Positions 47,733-56,102 of a DNA stretch of 56,102 bases are shown one piece after another. Under the pieces are notes generated by a model, which searched no databases, was not told the origin of the DNA, and was given only the letters and a program-made list of their open reading frames with translations. Both the position numbers and the translations under genes were made by a program. Every line of letters starts with the position of its first letter. The stretch's first letter is position 1. Origin of the DNA: a virus (Duplodnaviria; Caudoviricetes); IMG/VR virus record IMGVR_UViG_3300032272_000014, positions 1 through 56,102 of that record; one strand, 5' to 3'.

Positions 47733-49419
47733 CTGTACTCTTGTTTTTGTGTGTTTTAATTAAACTTACTATTAAATTATTTATGGTAATTAACTTCTCG
47801 CTGTCCGTAGCGTCCATTCCTTCCCAAAAAACAGCAATGTTACCATAAAAAGATTCAAACATCGAAATCCAATACGAAAATCTAGTCTGAAACTCCATTA
47901 TGATCTCATCAACCATATCCTTATCTAAGGCTTTATCAAAATCAACATCACTAGTATAAGGCATTATCTTATACAGTATAGCCTCTCTTGTGCCTTTCTG
48001 TCTGTTAAACATATTGCGTCTTTGCGCTAGTCTAACAAGTAAATTTTTTCTTTCTATTGCGTTTGGTGAGTTCTTAATCATGTCATACAAATCCTTCTGC
48101 GTTTCTAAAAAGAAATCACTTCCGTAAAATATATCCAACTTAATAGCACTCTTACCATACATTAAACTAAGCATCATCTTATCACTTGCTGTTCTTGAGA
48201 ACGACATAGTTTTTGAGAACCATCTTAGCTTATCCTCCATTGATACAATACCTTTCTTAGTCTGCATCTCTGTCATTGAAACATCATTCCTTTCAGAATA
48301 AGCTCCTAAACATGAAGTAATAATATCATTTTCTAATTGTTGTAACCTACTGTTAACGTATTCTAACGCCTCAACAGGTGTGTGGTAAAAAGTAAGGAAG
48401 TTTTTAGATAACTCCATATCAATACTACCATCTGCTTTCTCAATCGCAGGAACAGTAATAACTGTACCAGGTTGTAATTTACTACCCTTTCCATTACCTG
48501 CCGTTGCTCTAGCCTCTTGAGATACTTGACCACCGATAGAATCTAAACTCATTGGTTGACCATCAGTACCCTCAACATCATAACCAGACTCATCTATTTC
48601 CTTAGTCTCTATCTGTGTTACTATTGGGAACGCTCCATTCGCATGAGTCATTCGCTGTAAGGTCTTTAAAAACGTATATTCCTCTAAATCAGCTCTTAAA
48701 TAACTAAATATAGATTCCTTTACTATAGGATCGTTACCGAAACAATCATCTACTATAAATGTAGCAGGACATTGACCGTAATCATGTGGCTCACTAAGCA
48801 CAAGCTCCATATCCTTATTATAGAAACTTAAACGCTTATCGTCTAAGTAAACATAACCATATAAATCCTCGCCCTCTCTCTCAATCATGCCTGTATAAGC
48901 AATCTTTTCAATTTTCTTATCATCAACCTCAATAGAAACAACCTTATCAATAGATATTATTTCTCTATATGGTTTATTAGTATCTTCTAAGTCGTGAACT
49001 ATAATATCATTATACCTGAATAATACAGCTTTAAATAAGTCTTTATCAAAACCATCTTCTAATTCTTTTGGATTCTCAACGTATTCTCCGTTAATCCAAT
49101 ACTTAAAGTGTGAATCTTCACTGAAGAAAACTCTTGTTAATGGTTCTTTTATCCTTGTGTTTATTAATTTAGAGGAAGGGTTAGGACTTCTGTAGTATTT
49201 AGCTAAAGAAAGGAAGTTATCTGTCTTAAATATGCTTTTAACCCAATTTAAGAACACATCATCAGTATGATGCTTGCGTTCTACATACTTTTCAAAGTAA
49301 TCAATATTCACATCCTCTTGTATCTCGGAGATTGTAAAATAATCTAATTGTTTCTTTTGTCTTACAGCTTTATCTAGCGACAAACTGTTACACTTTTTCT
49401 CTATAAATTCTTTAGACAT
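47704..49419 (-). CDS. Portal protein
   Basis: 571 aa after terL; EPHDYGQCPA motif. Confidence 0.75.
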   Translation of the reverse strand: MSKEFIEKKCNSLSLDKAVRQKKQLDYFTISEIQEDVNIDYFEKYVERKHHTDDVFLNWVKSIFKTDNFLSLAKYYRSPNPSSKLINTRIKEPLTRVFFSEDSHFKYWINGEYVENPKELEDGFDKDLFKAVLFRYNDIIVHDLEDTNKPYREIISIDKVVSIEVDDKKIEKIAYTGMIEREGEDLYGYVYLDDKRLSFYNKDMELVLSEPHDYGQCPATFIVDDCFGNDPIVKESIFSYLRADLEEYTFLKTLQRMTHANGAFPIVTQIETKEIDESGYDVEGTDGQPMSLDSIGGQVSQEARATAGNGKGSKLQPGTVITVPAIEKADGSIDMELSKNFLTFYHTPVEALEYVNSRLQQLENDIITSCLGAYSERNDVSMTEMQTKKGIVSMEDKLRWFSKTMSFSRTASDKMMLSLMYGKSAIKLDIFYGSDFFLETQKDLYDMIKNSPNAIERKNLLVRLAQRRNMFNRQKGTREAILYKIMPYTSDVDFDKALDKDMVDEIIMEFQTRFSYWISMFESFYGNIAVFWEGMDATDSEKLITINNLIVSLIKTHKNKSTDGKETSNQP

Positions 49420-49613
49420 ACATGGCTTTGAATTGTGTATAGTCTCTTACACCAAAGTTTATTTTAGCAAATGTAAGAAACTTTTATTTAATAATAGATA
49501 AAAACTATAGTTATTTTTTATTTATAGTTAAATTCAATGGATATAATCGTATTTAATCCGATTTAAAGCCTTATATTTGACGTAGATTGTTTCTTTTGCT
49601 AATTAATAATCAA

Positions 49614-49647
49614 AAAACCCCTACGTAAACGTCACGGTAGGGGTTTT
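49614..49647 (-). terminator. Terminator downstream of terL
   Basis: AAAACCCCTAC...GTAGGGGTTTT. Confidence 0.6.
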
Positions 49648-49798
49648 AACTTTTAGAGGCTTCTATTCCTTAACTTGCTGTGCCATTTAACACCTTTAGT
49701 ACTTCCTAATCCTTTAAGGTTTCCAACTCTGCGGTTGTAGTCGTCTCTGGATTCACCTAACTTGTCTTTATTTTCTTTCATTTTGCAAAACTACGAAA

Positions 49799-51250
49799 TT
49801 AATTCCATATAGTTGTTAAATTTGCTTTGTTTTTCTTTAAATCAAACCAACTTCGCATTAATAAAGCATCCCTGTAATCAGGACTCCTACCAATATCGTT
49901 CTTTATATCTCCCTTTGGTTTGCAATCTAACTTATTATCACCCCTCTTACTTGGAACTCGCTGTATCTGTGATAAATCTTCCTTTATCTGTGCTCTCTGC
50001 TTATTTGTCAGGTCGCAATCCAACCAAATAGCACCATCATTCACTATATCTGCTAAATGATATAAGCATTGTACTTGTAAATTCCTGTAGTTAGGCATAT
50101 CCTTACCGTTTCGTATCGGTCTTGCTCCATTCTTGAAACCCTTTATCCCTGTCTGATCTACTACACCACCACCAACACCATCTGCATCAGCAACACCCCT
50201 TGTTGTAGGTACTTTGTACTTTCTTCTGAAATATGTTATAGCAGCAGATATGTCAGTGGTCTTACTTATCTCAAACTCTAGCATCTCAACAACTTTCCAT
50301 CCTCTCCATGCAAATATAACAGCCTTATCACTTCCGAAACGTGCTATATCAGCAGTTATGTAAGTCTTTCCTTCCTCTATATGGTCGTTCTTGAACACAT
50401 TGTCAATCATCTCCTGGTCACACAATTGATTAGGGTTATCTTCATAATCCCAATTACCTTTAAATAACCTCTCGTATAAACTCTTGTCCTTCTCACCTAT
50501 CTTTCTTAGCTTATTTACGTAATCACTCTCTATAAAAGGATTCTCCGTAATCAAACAACTTAAGTAGAACTTATCAGCTTCTAAAGTACCATTCTTATCC
50601 TTATCATAGAAATCTCGCTTAGCCCAATTCCGCTTAGGGTTACATGTGTAAAACACAATACCCTTTATACCATACTTACCATTCAAATGCCTACCTACCC
50701 TAGATGATATAACCGCAGCACCAGTTTCATGTATTTCACCTACCTCTTCAATCCAACCTGCTGTGTACTCGGTAGAACCTACATCCTCGAACATAGGATC
50801 GCTAGGTTTGTACTTTATCTCTATAAAGTTTATGTGACTGCCGTTACCAAATGTTATCCAGTTCTTAACAGCATTGAACTTATAATCATCAAAACCATAT
50901 TCCCTAGCTACCTTATGAAATGTAACCAATACAGAATCTATAATATCTTTAAGCTCATTCCTTGCAATGAAGTACTTGGTATTAGGGAAGTTCTTTGCCA
51001 TGAATAATATCCACGCACAACCTGTCCATGTTTTTGCTCCACCTGCTGCTCCACCATACAAGAACTCCTCATACTTGTTAGATGTCAATACCTCTAAAGC
51101 CTGTCTCTGCTTCTCATGTACAACATCTAAACCATGCTCATTTAAACCCTCAACAATAAAACTGAAGTCGCCTTGCTTAAATAAAGCTGCGTGAATATCT
51201 ATCAGCTTTACATTACTCTCTAACCTCGCTAACTGTTTTTGGTCTATCAT
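49799..51250 (-). CDS. terL: Terminase large subunit
   Basis: YGGAAGGAKT, WIEE, TCNP, DIARFGSD, SPDYRDAL. Confidence 0.92.
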   Translation of the reverse strand: MIDQKQLARLESNVKLIDIHAALFKQGDFSFIVEGLNEHGLDVVHEKQRQALEVLTSNKYEEFLYGGAAGGAKTWTGCAWILFMAKNFPNTKYFIARNELKDIIDSVLVTFHKVAREYGFDDYKFNAVKNWITFGNGSHINFIEIKYKPSDPMFEDVGSTEYTAGWIEEVGEIHETGAAVISSRVGRHLNGKYGIKGIVFYTCNPKRNWAKRDFYDKDKNGTLEADKFYLSCLITENPFIESDYVNKLRKIGEKDKSLYERLFKGNWDYEDNPNQLCDQEMIDNVFKNDHIEEGKTYITADIARFGSDKAVIFAWRGWKVVEMLEFEISKTTDISAAITYFRRKYKVPTTRGVADADGVGGGVVDQTGIKGFKNGARPIRNGKDMPNYRNLQVQCLYHLADIVNDGAIWLDCDLTNKQRAQIKEDLSQIQRVPSKRGDNKLDCKPKGDIKNDIGRSPDYRDALLMRSWFDLKKNKANLTTIWN

Positions 51251-51747
51251 TCTGTGCCTAGTGTTCCTTTAAGATTACCTTCATTATCATACCAATTACC
51301 ATGTTCATCTCTAAAGTATAACTTCGCCTTACCTAAATTGGTTTCGGTGCATGAGGAAGATGCTGATTTCTTTTTTAAGGCATCTTTATCAATAATGTCT
51401 AATGCTTTTTCGGCTTCTCCAGTAATCTCATCCCATAATTTAGCGGTTTCATAATACCCTTCAGTGCATGAGGATTCCTTCAAAACAAGCCTATTCTCAA
51501 AATAAGCTTTAGCTAAATTCATTGCCAACTGTAATACAGAGTAACCAACTCTAGGCATACCATCAACAGGTCTAGCGTGTAACATGCAACTAGGTATATC
51601 GCTCTCACGTTCTAAATCATTAACGTACTTGCGCACTTGCTCAACCTGAGCTTTTAACTCAAATATATCCTTCATCTCACGAATAAGGTCTAAATTCCCT
51701 TTGTCTAAGAACTCTTCTTTTGTTAGTTTTTTCATAATGTCTATCAT
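51247..51747 (-). CDS. Hypothetical protein
   Basis: ORF track. Confidence 0.55.
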   Translation of the reverse strand: MIDIMKKLTKEEFLDKGNLDLIREMKDIFELKAQVEQVRKYVNDLERESDIPSCMLHARPVDGMPRVGYSVLQLAMNLAKAYFENRLVLKESSCTEGYYETAKLWDEITGEAEKALDIIDKDALKKKSASSSCTETNLGKAKLYFRDEHGNWYDNEGNLKGTLGTE

Positions 51748-51905
51748 TTATTTATTCATTTCTTTCTTTAACTCTTCAATCTCTAACATCCTACTTAAAG
51801 CAATCCAAACACCATTTAAATCACCATAGCTTAAACTAAGCCTGTGAGAGGCTATTAAAATCTTAAACTTAATAACTAATATTCTTATCTGTTTTCTCAT
51901 TGTTA

Positions 51906-52106
51906 TCATTTCTTTATAGTAGGCACTTTCTTATACCCTTGTTTTCTCTTATACTTACTCAAGTTCTTCTTAGCATTACGCTCATCCATCATATCCATTA
52001 ACTCAGACTCCTTCTTTCTTATACTCTTACCTAAACGATAGAGAAAATAAATGGAAAGTGTAAACACTATAACTAAAATCAATAGCACTATTATTAATGT
52101 GTTCAT
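51906..52106 (-). CDS. Small single-TM protein
   Basis: N-terminal hydrophobic helix. Confidence 0.55.
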   Translation of the reverse strand: MNTLIIVLLILVIVFTLSIYFLYRLGKSIRKKESELMDMMDERNAKKNLSKYKRKQGYKKVPTIKK

Positions 52107-52318
52107 AGTTCATTGAGTTTTTTATTACTTATAGCTTGACTTCTTACCTTTAAGTCCTGTACAGCAGACATAGCGTTAACTATATTGTTATAGAAAGGAC
52201 TATCATGAAGTTTACACGGTCTAACTAAGAAGCTAACACCGCTTTCCATTGTTTCGTAAATACATTTATCACATTTTAAGTCTTGCTCTTTCATTCTAAT
52301 CTGTTTTAAGTTCCTCAC
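52103..52318 (-). CDS. Hypothetical protein
   Basis: ORF track. Confidence 0.45.
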   Translation of the reverse strand: MRNLKQIRMKEQDLKCDKCIYETMESGVSFLVRPCKLHDSPFYNNIVNAMSAVQDLKVRSQAISNKKLNEL

Positions 52319-52649
52319 CTGTTAAAGCGAAGTATAAGTTTTGTAATTGGTGTACGTGTTTACAATCAGCTAATTCATTATCATTATCTTCATCATATAA
52401 ATGAACAACATCGCCACCTCTATCCATGTGTAAATAACAGGCTGAATTAACATCGTAGTATTTATCTTGCTTATCATCACCTTTAAACCCAAACTTCAAT
52501 AACCATTCTTCTGTTAGTGGTATAGGTTTACATATTTCATCTACATCTACATCATTATAAACTGTTTCAAAATCTATTAATTCCCAAGCAAAAACTTTGC
52601 CATCATACCCTAAAAGGTAATTCCCTATCCTTAATTCCCTTGCTTTCAT
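52296..52649 (-). CDS. RIGN...LQNLYFALTGEEL family phage protein
   Basis: Paralog of 20088..20465. Confidence 0.7.
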   Translation of the reverse strand: MKARELRIGNYLLGYDGKVFAWELIDFETVYNDVDVDEICKPIPLTEEWLLKFGFKGDDKQDKYYDVNSACYLHMDRGGDVVHLYDEDNDNELADCKHVHQLQNLYFALTGEELKTD

Positions 52650-52650
52650 C

Positions 52651-53229
52651 CTAATCTGGTTTTGGTGTTAATATTTGTTGTAATACCTTGAGTTCATTTA
52701 CATTCAGCGACTCTACATTCACCACACTCTGCTTCTGCCTGTTGTCAATAGCGTAAAACCCTAGCATCTTATTCAATATCTCTATAGCCTTGTTCTTATC
52801 CACTAACTTTATATCCCATATCTCGTTAATCCTCTCCTTGCCATCCTTACCAACTATCTTATTCTTCTTGTGATTGATAGTCTGAATGCATCGCTTCGTC
52901 TCAGGTGGTAAAGCCTTAACCTGTTCAGCACTCAACCCTATGAACTGTGTTGGATCACTGTAAACCCACGTAATCAACTCACTTATTACTTGCTCTGGCT
53001 CAATATTAGCCTTAGCCCTCAAATGAGCCCTCTTGTCCATAACGTAATCACGCATGTCATCCTTCTTCATTATAGCACCAAATACACTAGTAGCTGTAGA
53101 TGGCTTTAGATGAGGTCGATACATTAATACAGCCAAATCCTGACGATACCCATTGTTGAAATATTCGTCTATAATAGCGAAATGCTCCTCATTCACCATA
53201 TCCGTATGCGTTAACTTATCCTCTTTCAT
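52651..53229 (-). CDS. terS: Terminase small subunit
   Basis: IDEYF.NG start; IKLVDKNKAIEILNKMLGFY; upstream of terL. Confidence 0.75.
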   Translation of the reverse strand: MKEDKLTHTDMVNEEHFAIIDEYFNNGYRQDLAVLMYRPHLKPSTATSVFGAIMKKDDMRDYVMDKRAHLRAKANIEPEQVISELITWVYSDPTQFIGLSAEQVKALPPETKRCIQTINHKKNKIVGKDGKERINEIWDIKLVDKNKAIEILNKMLGFYAIDNRQKQSVVNVESLNVNELKVLQQILTPKPD

Positions 53230-53590
53230 ACTGCAATGTAATACTTTTAAATCAGACTAGCAAACCCCATAACGATAAAATAATTAAAAACATGATTAAA
53301 ATCATTAGGATATTAAATAAATTTTACGCATGATAATCTTATTTCTTTTCTTTCTTTTCTCTTTTATATAATATAAACATATAACTGTTGGTGCATTCTT
53401 GCTCTAGAGGTCAAGTCAACCTTTCAAAAGGTCAAGTCAACCTTTCCTGCTCTAGCGGTGGGTGAATACGAAAAATCTTCTGTAACCTCAAAAATTATTG
53501 TGGGTGAGTGAAGCACCACCACCCACACCAACGCAAGGGGGGGGTATACCGTTCCAACGGTCAACATGTTCATGGGCTTGTTGTATATTG

Positions 53591-53787
53591 GAACGCTCTA
53601 ACGTCTGGAACGCTCCAACATTTGAACGCTTTAACAGTTGAACGCTTGACCATGTTGAACGCTCTAGCATTTGAACGCTTTAACAGTTGAACGCTTTAAC
53701 GTCTGGAACGCTTTAACGTCTGGAACGATCTAACAGTTGAACGATCTAACAGTTGAACGATCTAACAGTTGAACGATCTAACATGTT
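53591..53787 (+). repeat. 12 tandem 16-17-bp repeats (GAACGMTYTAACAGTT-like)
   Basis: GAACG at 53591, 53608, 53624, 53640, 53657, 53673, 53689, 53706, 53723, 53739, 53755, 53771. Confidence 0.9.
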
Positions 53788-53818
53788 ATATTTGCACCCT
53801 GTTTTATAGCATAGGTTT

Positions 53819-53884
53819 TAGCTATAGTCTTGTGATGTAGCTATAGTCTTGTGATGTAGCTATAGTCTTGTGATGTAGCTATAG
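53819..53884 (+). repeat. 3.5 copies of 19-bp TAGCTATAGTCTTGTGATG
   Basis: Exact tandem copies. Confidence 0.9.
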
Positions 53885-54047
53885 CGAACGTCAATGGAAG
53901 AGCGAACGTTCGCTAATTAATGCTATGTTATTTAGTTGCTCAATCATCCTATTACCTTACCAACTTACTAGACTATACACGTAAGTACATAGCACTCAAC
54001 ACGTTAACACGCTTTTAATAGTATTACCATTGACTTTATATGTTTTT

Positions 54048-54104
54048 TTAACATATCTTTAACACTTATTATGGTGTGAAATGTATCTATTATGTGTATC
54101 TTTG
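54048..54104 (+). promoter_or_regulatory. Early promoter with upstream TTAACA direct repeat
   Basis: -7 TATCTTTG at 54097-54104. Confidence 0.55.
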
Positions 54105-54545
54105 AGTATAGAAACAAACAAACCTTTAAAACAAACAAATTATGAAAACTTTAAACAGAATCCCAGTACAGTTAAAAGCAATGATTATAGCAGCATTAAT
54201 TATATCAGTTACTTTCATAGTAATGATTAACTCATACGGTTTCCAAGCATGGTAATTACAACCCTTTTATTAATAGGCTGCATTATTGCATTAATTGGAT
54301 TAATCCAGTCTATTAAAACGACGTTAAAATTAAGAAACGAACAAAAAAACAACTTTTAAATTTTAGAAATTATGACAAAGATATATTCACAAAACGGTAC
54401 TACGTATAAATTAGAAGCTAAAAATAACAAGGTATTGAAATACTTCAAAAATAACGCTGGTAAATTTATCTTTTTAAAATCTTATTCAATTAATTAACCT
54501 GTTCAGTGACACTGAACATTCACAAATAATAAACACTTAGAAATT

Positions 54546-54791
54546 ATGAAAACAGAATTAACACCTTTAAACAGAAAATCTTTTTACGGTAAAGCCGTTG
54601 CAATTAGATATGGTGAAATAACATCTTTAAAAAGTTATAATACTATCGTAGCTAATTACAATCACACTACTAATAAAATGGTAGTTAATGGATGGTACTC
54701 ATCCACCACAGCCCGTCATATCAATTCATTCCTAAATATGTTTGGATTTGACAATTGCACAAAAAAAGAAATGAATAACTATAAAAACTAA
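54546..54791 (+). CDS. Hypothetical early protein
   Basis: ORF track. Confidence 0.7.
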   Translation: MKTELTPLNRKSFYGKAVAIRYGEITSLKSYNTIVANYNHTTNKMVVNGWYSSTTARHINSFLNMFGFDNCTKKEMNNYKN

Positions 54792-54798
54792 TAATATC

Positions 54799-55461
54799 AT
54801 GAAAACAATAAACGATTTTTTACAGGAATTAAATGACTCAAATAATAGTGATTTAGATTTAGCATACTATTATAATGAAGGTGACGATTTTGAGCAATAC
54901 CAGGAAGCAATTCAGGAAGGAATTTATGAAAACGAAATTATTTATTATAGCAAAGCTATAGACTATCTTCAAAAAAATGATCCAAGTTTACAGGAATCGA
55001 TGAATATAGCTTCAGAATATGGTTACACAACTGAAAATATAAATAGTGAGTTACTTGCTACTTTATTATACCAACAAGAACTAAACGAGGAATTTTCGAA
55101 CTATTACAGTGAGATTGAAACGTATTTCGAAGAGTACGAGGAATTTAAACAAGAGTTACAAAGATTTGCGGAATTTACGCAGGAATTTAACGAAATTCAA
55201 AAAATGAAGATGTTTGAAATTCAAGTGATTGACACAAGAATAAGTGAAACTGACTATATTACTTTTGATATATCAATCGAAAAAAATACTTTAAAAGCTC
55301 AACATGTTGCATTAACACAAGTTGAGGAGGATAGTAATTTAATAGCTTTTAAAAGTGTTGATATTGACACTGATTTTAGTTTAGATGAAAACTTATCTGA
55401 ATTATTAACAGAATGCAACGAAGCAATATGTAATTCAGATTTTTACACTTTAGCAGATTAA
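54799..55461 (+). CDS. Highly acidic hypothetical early protein
   Basis: ORF track; D/E-rich. Confidence 0.7.
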   Translation: MKTINDFLQELNDSNNSDLDLAYYYNEGDDFEQYQEAIQEGIYENEIIYYSKAIDYLQKNDPSLQESMNIASEYGYTTENINSELLATLLYQQELNEEFSNYYSEIETYFEEYEEFKQELQRFAEFTQEFNEIQKMKMFEIQVIDTRISETDYITFDISIEKNTLKAQHVALTQVEEDSNLIAFKSVDIDTDFSLDENLSELLTECNEAICNSDFYTLAD

Positions 55462-55500
55462 GACCTAAAACCTAGAACACGTTTTAAAACTGTTCTATTT

Positions 55501-55562
55501 TGCCTTTTGTATGGTATAGCGTATTAATAAGATACGTAAAAGTTCGATTCTTTTATTAGGCA
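55501..55562 (+). ncRNA. tRNA-like structured element (T-arm)
   Basis: AAAAG-TTCGATT-CTTTT T-arm; CGTATT/GATACG stem; TGCCT/AGGCA closing stem. Confidence 0.4.
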
Positions 55563-55593
55563 CTAAAAAACAATTAATTTAAAACAGAAAACA

Positions 55594-55875
55594 ATGGAAG
55601 GCTATAAGCAATTTTTAAATAAAGATAAATTTAATGCTAGAACGCAAAATTTAAAAGTAACAAAGGTTAAAAAAACGGACAAAGGTTTTAATATACATTT
55701 GTTTACAAATTACATTTGTTTATATTATAAATATGTAACAATAGGTAAAAAAGGTACTGCAAAGGTTTTAACAAAAGTAGCTCGTAATTATTCTGCAAAA
55801 TACCAGTTTACTATTTACGAAAATAAAGAAGGTAAAACAATAACTTTAAAAGAATTTAAACTATTAAATAAATAA
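55594..55875 (+). CDS. Hypothetical protein
   Basis: ORF track. Confidence 0.6.
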   Translation: MEGYKQFLNKDKFNARTQNLKVTKVKKTDKGFNIHLFTNYICLYYKYVTIGKKGTAKVLTKVARNYSAKYQFTIYENKEGKTITLKEFKLLNK

Positions 55876-55896
55876 ACCTTAAAAAACTATAAAATT

Positions 55897-56102
55897 ATGA
55901 AAACGATTGTAAAAATACAAAATGATAATTTCGGAGATTTAGCAAGTGAAACGTATAAAGAAAATATTAATTATCTTGTTAACGAGTTAAACGTTTTTTG
56001 CGAGTTAAAAGATAATTACTATATAAATATAGTCGAACAAGAAAAACGATATAGCAGCGACAAAAACGACTATAAAAATAAAATAGTTATTGAGGCTAAA
56101 GG
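55897..56102 (+). CDS. 5' part of the gene continuing to 437
   Basis: MKTIVKIQND... open to the window end. Confidence 0.75.
   Translation, partial: MKTIVKIQNDNFGDLASETYKENINYLVNELNVFCELKDNYYINIVEQEKRYSSDKNDYKNKIVIEAK

Noticed and set aside
53488-53690. Two 60-aa ORFs over the tandem repeats
   Set aside because: Translations of repeat DNA with no coding signals
53591-53884. CRISPR array
   Set aside because: Repeats are contiguous with no unique spacers; no cas genes
55976-56102. Biological direct terminal repeat
   Set aside because: 127 nt is a common assembler k-mer length and the repeat falls mid-gene; it indicates circular assembly, not virion ends

Overview
This window is a complete, circularly assembled ~55,975 bp genome (bases 1-127 repeat at 55976-56102) of an AT-rich siphovirus-like tailed phage. 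The host is probably Flavobacteriia/Bacteroidota, judged from TAnnTTTG promoters and a VirE-N/PriCT primase. It has early genes (54.1 kb wrapping to 4.06 kb, +), replication genes (11.3-18.8 kb, -), and lysis, tail, head and packaging genes (22.2-53.2 kb, -). I see no integrase, DNA polymerase or reverse transcriptase. The standout feature is two integrase-less, integron-like cassette arrays (about 4341-10975 and 19068-21900) containing about 26 interlocking attC-like inverted-repeat sites (AAC...GTT). They differ from typical integrons in four ways. (1) All genes lie antisense to the canonical cassette orientation. (2) Whole genes sit inside the attC loops. (3) 12 ORFs read through the crossover triplet with GTT always as an in-frame Val codon, so recombination would swap N- and C-terminal protein modules. 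(4) Both arrays end in the same attI-like site, an IHF-consensus box, and a paralogous ~75 aa gene in the position where intI normally sits. All calls come from reading the sequence and recognising motifs; no searches were run.
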